DNA of 64,000 nucleotides from Escherichia coli (lineage in GTDB: Bacteria > Pseudomonadota > Gammaproteobacteria > Enterobacterales > Enterobacteriaceae): NCBI RefSeq assembly GCF_017348835.2, contig NZ_CP072315.1, one strand, 5' to 3'. Of the stretch, positions 28,689 to 38,340 are shown piece after piece. The notes under the pieces are model-generated. The model was given only the letters and a program-made list of their open reading frames with translations. It made no database searches and was not told where the DNA came from. Within the stretch, counting starts at the first letter, position 1; each line of letters begins with the position of its first letter. The position numbers were made by a program, and so were the translations under genes.

Positions 28689-30300
28689 CGTGGTTCCCTG
28701 TGGAGAAAAAGTTAAGCCAGTCGCCTAACCTCTCAGGCGCAATACTGGCGTCTGTAAGGACAGGGATGAGCTCATCAAGGAGACGGGTCCATTTTTCGTC
28801 ACTGCGAAGCCCGTTATCTGTCTCAAACAGAGGGTCTGATACGCCATCTGTCATGAGGATCAAGTGAGATACATCATTCCATTTACCCACGCTGATGCGG
28901 CCGCTAAACGAGGGGTCTGCGATAATGCTCTGGTCAAGAAAGCGGGTTTGTCCTGCGTATTCTCCGCTATCGGGATTTCCCAGTATCCTGACTTTACCGG
29001 AAGGGCTGTATGCACCTATCGCACCATCACCAAGCCAGAATGCAGCCGCAAACAGCTCGTTATCAGTTCGTAGCGCTACAGTTGCCAGTAGGGTTGTTGA
29101 ATAGGATTTCACAGGTTGTTCTGCACAAATGGCTTCGTTCTGGATACTGTTGACCGCGAGCGTAGCTGCCTGTTTAAAATGATGAAGCATGGCGTTTATG
29201 GTTGCCTGCTGATCGCTCCCTTCCCACGCCGTGATGTGCTGCTTTAGATGGACGCCTTTCAAACCACTGAGCTGATTGAAAAGGTAATCGCCAGCCGTTT
29301 GGACTGCAATCCGGGAGCCTTCCCGGGAATTTACCGCACTACCGGCCCCGTCTGCGACCAGCATGACAGACCATCCTGTTTCCTGGCAGTGGTTGATATA
29401 GAAGTCGTCATCTCTGAAGCTCCCGGCATGCTCATGAGATCGTCCCCGGCGACTGGCGGCAGCAATACGTATGTCACCCCTGACCAGGCCAGCAGCGTCC
29501 AGATGGGACTTAGGGTAGGAAGCGTCTGCTGGTGGCTCTACCACCTTCCACAGGCTTCTCGGATCGGGATTGACTATAAAAAGCTGTTTTGTTTCGCATT
29601 CGTCGTGCGAAGCGCATGACCAGAGTACTGAAAGCTCTATATCGCCGCTTTCGGTGGGTGTACCTGTCAGCAACTTATGCTCTTTGTCAAAGGTCAGGCC
29701 AATGTTCCTGGGAAAGACAACGTCCCTGACAGTAGCCTGCTGGCCCTCATCCAGAACTATAGCAACCGGCGAAGAGAAACGTTCGCCTGCGCGGGCGTTG
29801 GGAATAACTATTTTAGCTCTCGGGGGAACGGCAGGTGGCACAGCTAATCCGGCCCGCTGCTGGCCTGTCGGTATCTGCCCGGGTTTTAATACCAGGGAAG
29901 ACAGGTTTTCGTCTTCCCTCTGTGCTGGTTTATCAAATTCGTAATAAGGCATCAGCTTCCAGAACGGAGGATGAGGTTCATTTTCTGGCAGGGGTTGCAG
30001 TAATGGTGTATCGGTAGCGTCAATGCCCGGGTTATCAGCATCACTTACGACCGTTTGTTGCTGATCGGAAAGGCTGGATGCTGACGAGGGGGCGATCTCT
30101 GCGTCGTTATAACCTTCGCTAACCCGCGCAGATAAACCCTGTGCAAGGCTCTCAATCCGCTCTTTAAGCCGCATAATCTCTTCAGTAAGGGAAGGGTCGT
30201 GCGATAGAAGAAAAAGCCGCTCACCTTCTACAGGGTGGCCCAGCTCAGACAGCACTAAGCGGATAATCTTCTCTTCAAGTAAAACATTTTGCGACATCAA
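28660..30300 (-). CDS. PP2C-family Ser/Thr phosphatase of the TerY-associated triad
   Basis: Metal-binding motifs LVADGAGS and LILMTDGVSD; start ATG overlaps the upstream stop (ATGA). Confidence 0.8.
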   Translation of the reverse strand: MMSQNVLLEEKIIRLVLSELGHPVEGERLFLLSHDPSLTEEIMRLKERIESLAQGLSARVSEGYNDAEIAPSSASSLSDQQQTVVSDADNPGIDATDTPLLQPLPENEPHPPFWKLMPYYEFDKPAQREDENLSSLVLKPGQIPTGQQRAGLAVPPAVPPRAKIVIPNARAGERFSSPVAIVLDEGQQATVRDVVFPRNIGLTFDKEHKLLTGTPTESGDIELSVLWSCASHDECETKQLFIVNPDPRSLWKVVEPPADASYPKSHLDAAGLVRGDIRIAAASRRGRSHEHAGSFRDDDFYINHCQETGWSVMLVADGAGSAVNSREGSRIAVQTAGDYLFNQLSGLKGVHLKQHITAWEGSDQQATINAMLHHFKQAATLAVNSIQNEAICAEQPVKSYSTTLLATVALRTDNELFAAAFWLGDGAIGAYSPSGKVRILGNPDSGEYAGQTRFLDQSIIADPSFSGRISVGKWNDVSHLILMTDGVSDPLFETDNGLRSDEKWTRLLDELIPVLTDASIAPERLGDWLNFFSTGNHDDRTIAVLW

Positions 30301-31337
30301 CCTCTCCCTCTGTTTACGTCGAAGTTAGTGTTTCCGCCATCATTGCTGAATGACAGACCTGTTTCACACCACGGGCAGATCACGTCATCCGGGCCGTCAA
30401 TGCACAGCAATTTTCCGCATGAGCACAGGGCAAACGCACTGGCATTACCGCAGTGAGGGCAACCCGGTACGCCATGCAGTTCGCTGGTGTTTACCTGCAA
30501 ACCGGTAGCGGTGGCATCTGACCATGCAAAATAGTCTTCATCGATGGGATAGCATCCGGCAATATTAAAGCTGTTCAGGTTCAGGCTGAAATCGAGCCCG
30601 GAAATCCTTGCTGGTGGCCGTTCATACTTCATCAGATACGGACGACGGGTCTTGCTGCAACGGCCGGTAAGCGTAACGCAGTTTTCGTCGTACGCTTTTA
30701 CTGGCTCGTCCTTGGCCAGCCGGACTATGTATTCAGTCTGGCTGAGCTCAGGTTGTTTGTCGTCTCCGACGCTGCGGCTGTGCGCCGTAACCGAGGCTGT
30801 GATCCATTTGATGAAGCGGGTAAAGTCCCCTTCCTGAGACTCGGTGAACAGCATGACATTCTCTGTCAGTTGCCGCAGGGTATTCAGGTCCGCTGACGGC
30901 CCCAGGCCAACGGCAATGAGATTCACTTTACTCGCGTAGTGATCCTTCCAGCGCTTCACTTCTGCGGTTGTGTCGTCAGTCGGACGTCCGTCGGTAAGGA
31001 GATACACGACGGGTTTCCAGTCGCCTTTAGCCTCATGAGTGGTTTTTCTGACCTGGGTATCAATTTGTACGGTCAGCTCACGCAATGCGGCCCCAAGGCT
31101 CGTACCGCCGCCAACGGGAAGGCGGGGAGGGTAGAACGAGGCAATTTCGTGAAGAGGTACAATCGTACGGGCTACACCGGCAAATGCGATTACCGAAACC
31201 CAGGCTGTTTCAAGTGCGTGTGGATCCTTTCTTAAATCTCCGATGATCATTTGCAGACCATCAGTCATTTTTTTCAGGTTTTCACCAATCATGGACTCTG
31301 AACAGTCCAGGACAAAAAACACGGGAAGGCGTCTCAT
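30297..31337 (-). CDS. TerY-like vWA protein with C-terminal Cys-rich zinc-ribbon region
   Basis: MRRLPVFFVLDCSESM (MIDAS DxSxS), YLLTDGRPTDD; C-terminal CPHCG...CSCGKLLC...CPWCE. ATG at 31337 with GAGGAAAA RBS; the track's upstream extension lacks an RBS. Confidence 0.75.
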   Translation of the reverse strand: MRRLPVFFVLDCSESMIGENLKKMTDGLQMIIGDLRKDPHALETAWVSVIAFAGVARTIVPLHEIASFYPPRLPVGGGTSLGAALRELTVQIDTQVRKTTHEAKGDWKPVVYLLTDGRPTDDTTAEVKRWKDHYASKVNLIAVGLGPSADLNTLRQLTENVMLFTESQEGDFTRFIKWITASVTAHSRSVGDDKQPELSQTEYIVRLAKDEPVKAYDENCVTLTGRCSKTRRPYLMKYERPPARISGLDFSLNLNSFNIAGCYPIDEDYFAWSDATATGLQVNTSELHGVPGCPHCGNASAFALCSCGKLLCIDGPDDVICPWCETGLSFSNDGGNTNFDVNRGRG

Positions 31338-31422
31338 AATTTTCCTCGTACGGCTGGTACGGCCAGCAGAAAACGTTGCTGTACAGAAAGGTGCTGCCCG
31401 GAAAGCAGCACCTTTCTGTCTG

Positions 31423-32064
31423 TCAGAGCACCAGCTGGATTTCTGGTGGAGGAGGGGGAAGGGTATCAGTTCCGTTATTGATCCCCGCGCTTGTGCTGCC
31501 GGAAGACACGCTGGCCGATACCCATTTAAAGAAACCTGCAAACGCGGTTGAATCTAGCGTCTCCAAAGACACAACCTTATCGGTGAGCTGTTTTAAGTGC
31601 TCATGGCCTGCTTTAGGACCAACGGCGCAGGCAATGATGGATCCGAATCCCCGGCCGCGAATCGCTTTTACCGCTTCACCGTACGCCAGGGCATCAGAAG
31701 GGGTTCCATCAGTCATCAGGAATACCAGAGGACGCCAGTCTCCTTTTGTATCACCATCTGAGCGACGTACATCCCGTTCAACACACTGCATCAGACATTC
31801 AAGGGCAGCACCGGTGAACGTCCCGCCTGCGCTTGGCACAACGATGTCAGAAAAGTGGAAGTCTTCCAGCGGCGTGAGAGGAATGAACTCACGCGCCTCA
31901 TTGTCATAGGTGATAATGGAGATATGAACGCTTTCGAGGGCGTAGGGATCCTGGCGAAGAGCGCTAAGCATCGCCTGAATTCCAACGTTAACGGAATGGA
32001 TGGACTCACCGCGCATCGAGCCGGATGTGTCGATAACAAGGTAAACAGGCAGGCGGCGCATCAC
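31423..32064 (-). CDS. TerY-like vWA protein
   Basis: MMRRLPVYLVIDTSGSM and FLMTDGTPSD MIDAS motifs; ATGA overlap with terX stop. Confidence 0.8.
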   Translation of the reverse strand: MMRRLPVYLVIDTSGSMRGESIHSVNVGIQAMLSALRQDPYALESVHISIITYDNEAREFIPLTPLEDFHFSDIVVPSAGGTFTGAALECLMQCVERDVRRSDGDTKGDWRPLVFLMTDGTPSDALAYGEAVKAIRGRGFGSIIACAVGPKAGHEHLKQLTDKVVSLETLDSTAFAGFFKWVSASVSSGSTSAGINNGTDTLPPPPPEIQLVL

Positions 32065-32702
32065 ATGTAATTCCTCAGGTGCGAGACAAACGAATCTGAT
32101 TCTGAAGGCTCACCAATTGCCCTGAGTTTCCAGCCTGTAGCCTCGCGTATCAGCTCGGCAAAAACCATGGAGCGCTGGCTGGCGAAGGCGGGTCCGCCAG
32201 AAAGATCGAATCGTGCCATTTCAATATTACGGGCATCTACTGCCCGGATGAAGGCATTCTGAACTTTACCAAAGTGCTGCTGGAGCTTTTCACCATTGTA
32301 GATCTGAACGATGAACACAATTTTCTCGTACTGAGCGTCAAGGGAATTCAGGCGCACAATAATTTGCTCATCGTCACCATCACCGGCTCCGGTTCGGTTA
32401 TCGCCCGTCAGCCAGATATTTCCTGACTTATGGCGAAGGCTGTTGAAAAAGATGATATCGCCATTCACAAGCGTTGGTTTACCATTTTCCACATTGCCGA
32501 GATCGGTCACCTTTCCGGCTGAATTACACAGGAAAGCGATCACATCAAGGTCGTATTCTTCTTCTTTTTTACCAAAGATCCCGCCGAGGAAACCTTTCTT
32601 TTCCTCATTAATATCCCAACCCAGGCCGATAGTAACGGACGAGAGATCGTATTCATTTTTTTTCAGGCTTACGCCCTGGCCTTTGCTCAGACTGACAGAC
32701 AT
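32061..32702 (-). CDS. terX: TerD-family protein TerX
   Basis: TerD-domain hallmarks: N-terminal SLSKGQGVSL, GLGWD, GDNRTGAGDGDDEQI; sits between TerY paralogues as in known ter loci. Confidence 0.75.
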   Translation of the reverse strand: MSVSLSKGQGVSLKKNEYDLSSVTIGLGWDINEEKKGFLGGIFGKKEEEYDLDVIAFLCNSAGKVTDLGNVENGKPTLVNGDIIFFNSLRHKSGNIWLTGDNRTGAGDGDDEQIIVRLNSLDAQYEKIVFIVQIYNGEKLQQHFGKVQNAFIRAVDARNIEMARFDLSGGPAFASQRSMVFAELIREATGWKLRAIGEPSESDSFVSHLRNYM

Positions 32703-32724
32703 GACATCCCCTTAATTAATAAAA

Positions 32725-33363
32725 TTATAAGACCACGTTTACTTCTGGCGGCGGCGGTGGCAGGTCTTCAAGACCGATCACTTCTTTTTTGCTGGACTCC
32801 ACTTTCTGACTGCCTACCGAAATGCTCGCACTGACCCATTTAAAGAAAGCTTTAATCGTCGAACTGTCAGCTGTATCGAGCTGAACCACGATTTCAGTGA
32901 TTTCTTTGAGGACGCTGGTATCGGCATCATGCCCGGCTGCACATGCCACAACAACGCCGGTTCTGGCCGCTTTAAAGTCATTCAGGCCTTTACGCCAGTC
33001 ATCATTCGGACTTCCATCCGTCATCAGGAATACAAGGGGACGCCAGTCACCTTTAGTGTCAGCCGTCGTTTTCTGTACTTCTTTGGCAATGGAGCTGGCC
33101 GTCAGGGTAAGCGCTTCGCCAAGAGAGGTGGTGCCGCTGGCTGTTAGTGCTGGCATCTGGAAACTCAGGAGGTCTGTCAGGGGGACTGCCTGTCGGGCTG
33201 AAGAATCAAAGGTGATCACTGACACGTAAGCCGTTTCGAGTGCATACGGATCCTGTTTCAGCGTGGTAAGCAGCGTCTGAACGCCATTCTTAACCGCTTC
33301 GATAGGCTCTCCGTGCATAGAGCCGGACGTGTCGAGTAGCAGATATACGGGTAAGCGTCTCAA
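32725..33363 (-). CDS. terY: TerY vWA protein (first gene of the TerY operon), TTG start
   Basis: RRLPVYLLLDTSGSM, FLMTDGSPNDD. Homology begins at a TTG (revcomp of caa 33361-33363) preceded by AAGAAGGAA RBS; the track's longer N-terminal extension is not supported. Confidence 0.75.
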   Translation of the reverse strand: MRRLPVYLLLDTSGSMHGEPIEAVKNGVQTLLTTLKQDPYALETAYVSVITFDSSARQAVPLTDLLSFQMPALTASGTTSLGEALTLTASSIAKEVQKTTADTKGDWRPLVFLMTDGSPNDDWRKGLNDFKAARTGVVVACAAGHDADTSVLKEITEIVVQLDTADSSTIKAFFKWVSASISVGSQKVESSKKEVIGLEDLPPPPPEVNVVL

Positions 33364-33825
33364 ATGTAATTCCTTCTTAAGAGATCGGAAGAGGAGAGTA
33401 GTTTCAGGAAGAGGCCAGAGTTTGTAGATTTGATAAAACGGCACGACATCTGTCGGGTGGAGATTAAATACTCAGAAGCGGCATTAAAGAAATAAGTTAA
33501 CCACCATTGAATTACCGACATGTGAATGGCCTCTTATCAGAGAAAAAAATTCAGACCGTACTGGAATATAAATTTCTGAAAAAAACTCCGGCAAAAATAA
33601 ACTTTCTTATGTATGAAAATCATCATACATCACAGATCTGCATGAATGGAGTGTAAATCGCCCAAAGATTGATGTGTAGCACAAGAGGATGTCAAGACAC
33701 CAGGTTTTGTAGGCAGAAAGGCGCTGCTGACATTGCGGGAGGAGAATAGATCAAAACTCCGTCACGCAGATACAGAGGTGAAATATGACAAAACCGGGGT
33801 TTTCACCCCGGTCTGAGATTTAGCG

Positions 33826-34293
33826 TCAGGACTTTTTAGCGCTGTATTCTTTTATCAGTTCATCAACGGAGTGCAGAGCCAGCTTCTCTACCGCTTCACT
33901 TCGGGTCGAGCCACTCAGCGCAGCCAGACGGTCAATTTTTCTTAAAATCCGCATGCGTAGCGATAATGACACGGCTGTTTTTTTATCCTTATCGAGTACG
34001 ACCTTCCCTGTGGACTCACCGGTTTTCAGTTCAGCATTCTGTGCGAGCGCTTCATTCATCCGGCGAAGGGTCTTTTTATCCAGCTGGCCCGGATTAACGA
34101 GATGGTAGGAATGACCTGCCTTGCTGTATTTGATCTCCGCAGAATATGACTCGCGTAGCTCTTTGAGTGCCCGGGTTAATGTCGGCTCTGAGCATTCCAG
34201 ACTGGTTATAATGTCGGCAGCGGAAACGGGCTTGCCGGTGCCCAGTAAGTTGGCAAGCTTAAAAATCCGGGCCTGTCTGGTATTTAATTGCAT
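33826..34293 (-). CDS. terW: TerW, winged-helix DNA-binding protein of ter loci
   Basis: 155 aa, HTH-like N-terminus (ARIFKLANLLGTGKPVSAADIITSLECSEPTLTRALKELRE); position upstream of terY matches the known terW location. Confidence 0.65.
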   Translation of the reverse strand: MQLNTRQARIFKLANLLGTGKPVSAADIITSLECSEPTLTRALKELRESYSAEIKYSKAGHSYHLVNPGQLDKKTLRRMNEALAQNAELKTGESTGKVVLDKDKKTAVSLSLRMRILRKIDRLAALSGSTRSEAVEKLALHSVDELIKEYSAKKS

Positions 34294-34310
34294 CGTAAGA
34301 TTTAGCCTGC

Positions 34311-35519
34311 TTAAAGGGTTAGTGGTTCAATAGGCTGAAAAATGAAGGTACTGCTCATCTTTCGAATAACCGGGTGATCGCCTAACGCTTCAACCGGATC
34401 AATGTGTTCTAAGCCTGCAAAATTTACTGACGACATCTGGCTGCGACTGCATTTGCAGGACAGGATATACTCATCCTCCAGATAGCCGGTCCGCTTACTG
34501 ACCCGTTGCGTAAAGCCTGACACAATCACGTTGTCGAACGGTAGCGTATGTAAAACGATACCGACCAGGCGGAACAAGCAGCCATGGACGTGGCGGGCAT
34601 AGTTTTCGCGTACGGCTTTTTGCGTCATGGCTTTTTCCGTCAGCTCCGTGCCCCGGGCATTAACGCCGTAAATCTTATCAGGGAAATCTTCAATCTCAGC
34701 TAAATCAACATCCAGCAGGACTGCTGATAGCTCCGGCTTTACTTCAAATGCAACAAGCGTTTCACGCGGCCATTCAGTTTCTGCCAGCACACCCGCCAGG
34801 TATGATTCGAAAAACGCGGCGTCTGTCCGGAACTGCTGCCGGGCATCTGCCTGAGCCGTGGCGAGCCGTTTTTCATGTTCTTCAGCCTCAAACTTCCAGT
34901 TTGCATACTGTTCGGCCCAGGCCGTCCGTTGTTGCTGGTACCGGTGCTGTCGAAGGGTATTCTCACGCTCCACATCAATCAGCTCCTGCTGCCACCGGCG
35001 AAGATTTTCGGCGTGGCGCTCAGCTTTAGCTGATTCCGATTCAAACCATTTACCCAGAAAACTAATGCCTTCGCTCTCGGCAGGCTTTTCCGGCAATGCA
35101 AGATAGTCTGGCTTTTCTGGACGCACCGGTGCCGGAACCTGAAAAGGCGACGTTCTGTTATGCAGGTATACTGCTTCCAGCTCTGCCCAGCTGATGCCTG
35201 TTTTAGGATCCGGCGTCAGCTCGTGAATATTACGGATTGCGGTCACCGCTGACATGAGATCAGCGGCTTCCTCCTCAAGCGCCTGTCTGAGCCCCGGGTC
35301 GGTAGCCGTCCGGTTCCCACCTCCGGAACGCGCGGCCCGATCAAGCCGGGTACGGTAACTCAGCCCGGTACCGGGCAAGCCCAGATTGGCATAGGTCCCC
35401 CGGCTTCCAAAAGAAACGGAAGCACCTCTCGGCCCGACACTCAGGCTCGGTGCACCGTTACTCAGGTTGAGGCGAACACCAGGAATAATGTTGATCGACT
35501 TTCTGAATCTGAACCCCAT
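34311..35519 (-). CDS. Hypothetical protein with DUF4236-like N-terminus
   Basis: N-terminal MGFRFRKSINIIPGVRLNLS typical of that uncharacterised family (recalled); coiled-coil middle; last gene of the biosynthetic operon. Confidence 0.5.
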   Translation of the reverse strand: MGFRFRKSINIIPGVRLNLSNGAPSLSVGPRGASVSFGSRGTYANLGLPGTGLSYRTRLDRAARSGGGNRTATDPGLRQALEEEAADLMSAVTAIRNIHELTPDPKTGISWAELEAVYLHNRTSPFQVPAPVRPEKPDYLALPEKPAESEGISFLGKWFESESAKAERHAENLRRWQQELIDVERENTLRQHRYQQQRTAWAEQYANWKFEAEEHEKRLATAQADARQQFRTDAAFFESYLAGVLAETEWPRETLVAFEVKPELSAVLLDVDLAEIEDFPDKIYGVNARGTELTEKAMTQKAVRENYARHVHGCLFRLVGIVLHTLPFDNVIVSGFTQRVSKRTGYLEDEYILSCKCSRSQMSSVNFAGLEHIDPVEALGDHPVIRKMSSTFIFQPIEPLTL

Positions 35520-35529
35520 TATGATTTCC

Positions 35530-36489
35530 TTAATGATGCTGGGTCACGGTAAGTAATCTGATTCCATCAGCGCTTTGCTCGTTCTGTAACCCATAAAAAC
35601 GAGCTCTGTCCAGAATGCCAGCCGCCCAGCGGCGATGTGTGGCGGGTTCACACATTGCTCCCTGCGACTTAAACACGGCCTGGGTAGAGTTCAGGATCCG
35701 CAGAGCGTCAGAATGCTCACCCTGAGTGACCATCAGCGCGTTTTGAATGACCTCTATCTGACCCGGGTGAATGGCCGTTTTCCCAACAAGCCCATGTGCC
35801 ATATCAAGAGCCAGCTCTCTGGCCATTACGGCATGATCGTCAATATGCTCACATACGGGCGCGGTCAGGGCAAAATCACGCGGGCCGAAGACCGAAACGA
35901 GCATTTTGATGACGTAGCCCATCGGGCTGTCATACAGCGTCAGGTCCCGGGGACGGCGAAGCGACACAACGTTCATAAGATCGTTGCCGCCGATTCGAAG
36001 CGCAATAATGCGGTCGTGGCAGGGATGTTCCACCAGACGGGTGGCCAGCTCCCGCATCTGAACCACGTCAAAGACGTCTTCTGTTTCCAGCGTTGGCATC
36101 ATGCACAGGTGAGTCCCGCCCATGATATCCCACCATTCAGCTAACGAACTGAGGGTAAATTTCGGCAACACAAACCCGTCGACAGCGGAAAGATCATAAT
36201 GCGCTTTTAACCATCTGCCCATTTCGGCATGCCGGGGGCGAATGAACACCAGAGGCCAGTCATTTTTACCCAGGCTATGCATGCTGTTACTGAGCTCGTG
36301 CAGCAGGTGCTCCAGATTTTTGAGGGCGACGGGGATGTCTGCTTCACTGACAGCATCCTCCAGGCAAATCACCAGAGAGCGCAAACCCGGGATTTTCCCG
36401 TGCAGGACGGCATCAGCAATATCTTCCCGTGTTGCAGGCATGTATAGCGTGGCTCCCAGATTCCAGGGAGAAAGACGATTTTTCATCAA
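35530..36489 (-). CDS. HpcH/HpaI aldolase / citrate-lyase beta (CitE)-like enzyme
   Basis: TIM-barrel lyase-like motifs (LRIGGNDL, GKTAIHPGQIEV); stop/start overlap with upstream gene. Confidence 0.7.
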   Translation of the reverse strand: MMKNRLSPWNLGATLYMPATREDIADAVLHGKIPGLRSLVICLEDAVSEADIPVALKNLEHLLHELSNSMHSLGKNDWPLVFIRPRHAEMGRWLKAHYDLSAVDGFVLPKFTLSSLAEWWDIMGGTHLCMMPTLETEDVFDVVQMRELATRLVEHPCHDRIIALRIGGNDLMNVVSLRRPRDLTLYDSPMGYVIKMLVSVFGPRDFALTAPVCEHIDDHAVMARELALDMAHGLVGKTAIHPGQIEVIQNALMVTQGEHSDALRILNSTQAVFKSQGAMCEPATHRRWAAGILDRARFYGLQNEQSADGIRLLTVTQHH

Positions 36490-37565
36490 AGTACCTTCTT
36501 GATAATGGTTACAGCCCGATACTGGCCGAGGGTTCCCCCCATTTCTGTAACAACTATTCCCTTTTCACGAGCAAGCCCTACAAGCAAGGCAACGTCCGAG
36601 TCGTCAATAGAACGCACAAATACATGGTCCGGTACCCGACGTAATACAGCCCGGGTTGCTTCAGCAATACCGGGTTTTATACGATTGACGCTGTCCACTT
36701 TAAATTCATCGGCCAGGAACGCGATAACGTCGCGACTTGTCTGCCATAAGACCCGGGCTGACTCCGTATTCCAGCTCAGGGGAGCGAGGGATGACGGGGT
36801 TAACTTCTTACGGAAATGAGCGACGGTATCGACAAGCATCCGGCTGCATTCGAATTCACTGAGATGCTCGCAAACCATGCACCCGTGTAATCCTTCAGAG
36901 GACCACACTGACCGGGAGATCAGGCCTGACACCGGCGCACCCATGATGCCAAAAGGAATGAGCCAGTCATCATCACTGGCTGCAAGCCAGGAGCAGCCAC
37001 AGGGATCGGCCAGGACAACCAGTCGCGGCTGCTCAGGATAGCCCGGGCGATCTTTCAGTGCGCGTACAAGCTCTCCGGTAATTGCGCCTTTACCTGTCCA
37101 TCCGTCAACAAAGACAATACCGCTGGTACCATGCCGCTCTTCAATGACGTCGAGGGCTGCACCGTCAATTCCACGATCCCGGATAATGCTGATACCGTAA
37201 TGCCATGAGGTTTTCCCCATGTCACGCAGGGCCTGGTGCAGCATAACGCCGAGCGGCACGCCAGCCCTGACAAGACTGGCCAGTACAATGGGCTCATCAC
37301 CAAAGCGTTTGGCCAGAGCAATAGCGAGCTGTGTGACTTCTTTTGCAAGTCTCTCTGCGCCCCGATCCAGCGCCCGGTGAAACAAATCAAGATGCCATTG
37401 TGTTGGCGCTGGCTCCTGACTGAGCATGTCCGAATAATGTTTCTTCCCTGACTGAATCAGCTCTTCTTTTTGCTCAACCGGCGTCATCTCAATGACAACC
37501 GGCTTTAGCAGAAATTCCACGTCACCGGGCTGGTATGAGCCGGTAAATGTGTCATGTGGCTGCAT
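36486..37565 (-). CDS. Ter-associated protein, phosphoribosyltransferase-like (annotated in databases, as I recall, as cysteine protease StiP family)
   Basis: VFVDGWTGKGAITG and DPCGCSWLAASDD; ATG at 37565 follows GGAG RBS and abuts the upstream stop. Family name from memory. Confidence 0.5.
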   Translation of the reverse strand: MQPHDTFTGSYQPGDVEFLLKPVVIEMTPVEQKEELIQSGKKHYSDMLSQEPAPTQWHLDLFHRALDRGAERLAKEVTQLAIALAKRFGDEPIVLASLVRAGVPLGVMLHQALRDMGKTSWHYGISIIRDRGIDGAALDVIEERHGTSGIVFVDGWTGKGAITGELVRALKDRPGYPEQPRLVVLADPCGCSWLAASDDDWLIPFGIMGAPVSGLISRSVWSSEGLHGCMVCEHLSEFECSRMLVDTVAHFRKKLTPSSLAPLSWNTESARVLWQTSRDVIAFLADEFKVDSVNRIKPGIAEATRAVLRRVPDHVFVRSIDDSDVALLVGLAREKGIVVTEMGGTLGQYRAVTIIKKVL

Positions 37566-37566
37566 T

Positions 37567-38340
37567 TTAATTTTCTCCAAAAATTCGCTGTGAAATGGCA
37601 TCTGCAAACTGACTCTGACGCGGGATGCCAAACCAGCTGCACAGTTTCATAAAACGATGATCGCTCAGGCTGTCGCCCAGGCCAATTACGGGGAAGACTC
37701 CGCGTTCAGCCCGAAGTTTTTCAAGCAGCCATCTGACTGCCAGCCCTTTCTCAACCGGGGTGGGAAGCCAGGCCACGTTATTACTGTTGCGGTGGATGTA
37801 GAAGCCCTCGGTCGGAAACACCGTTTCTATCTCATCTGCAATGGCATTAAGCTCGTCAAGGCGGGTGCTGTCGCGGTGCTTCATCACCATATAAACCGCC
37901 GTTTCACCGTATTCGAAGTTCAGCCTTGCCCAGGCATTGATCCCTTTTGCGTCCATCATTTCAGTGATCAGACGCTGCATCGATGTCAGCTTTTCCTGGT
38001 AGGGAGCCAGCTGGCCAAGCATATGGGCCTTCCACTCCTCGTCGGGTTTGCCTTCAGGCGTGAGAATGACGGCCCCGTGCGTGGTGATTGCCCAGGAGTG
38101 GAAAGGGATCCGGACGCGGCTGATTTCTTCAGTTCCCCGGGCGGTAACAGGTATGAGTTCAGCCTGCTCCAGGAGCCAGTCCACCAACATGGACTGTTCT
38201 TCCGTCATAAAGCTTCGTGGATTCAGGGTGCGATCAACGGCACCGGTACGGAATGGCTCCAGGGCCAGCTCGTCCACCATTTTACGACGGGTCTGAAAGA
38301 GCGTGTCGTCAAGGTCGCTCAGAACAACGGGTTTATTCAT
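37567..38340 (-). CDS. HAD-superfamily hydrolase
   Basis: Motif I VVLSDLDDTLF (DxD), C-terminal VIGLGDSLSD. ATG at 38340 overlaps upstream stop in the sequence ATGAATAAA. Confidence 0.7.
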   Translation of the reverse strand: MNKPVVLSDLDDTLFQTRRKMVDELALEPFRTGAVDRTLNPRSFMTEEQSMLVDWLLEQAELIPVTARGTEEISRVRIPFHSWAITTHGAVILTPEGKPDEEWKAHMLGQLAPYQEKLTSMQRLITEMMDAKGINAWARLNFEYGETAVYMVMKHRDSTRLDELNAIADEIETVFPTEGFYIHRNSNNVAWLPTPVEKGLAVRWLLEKLRAERGVFPVIGLGDSLSDHRFMKLCSWFGIPRQSQFADAISQRIFGEN

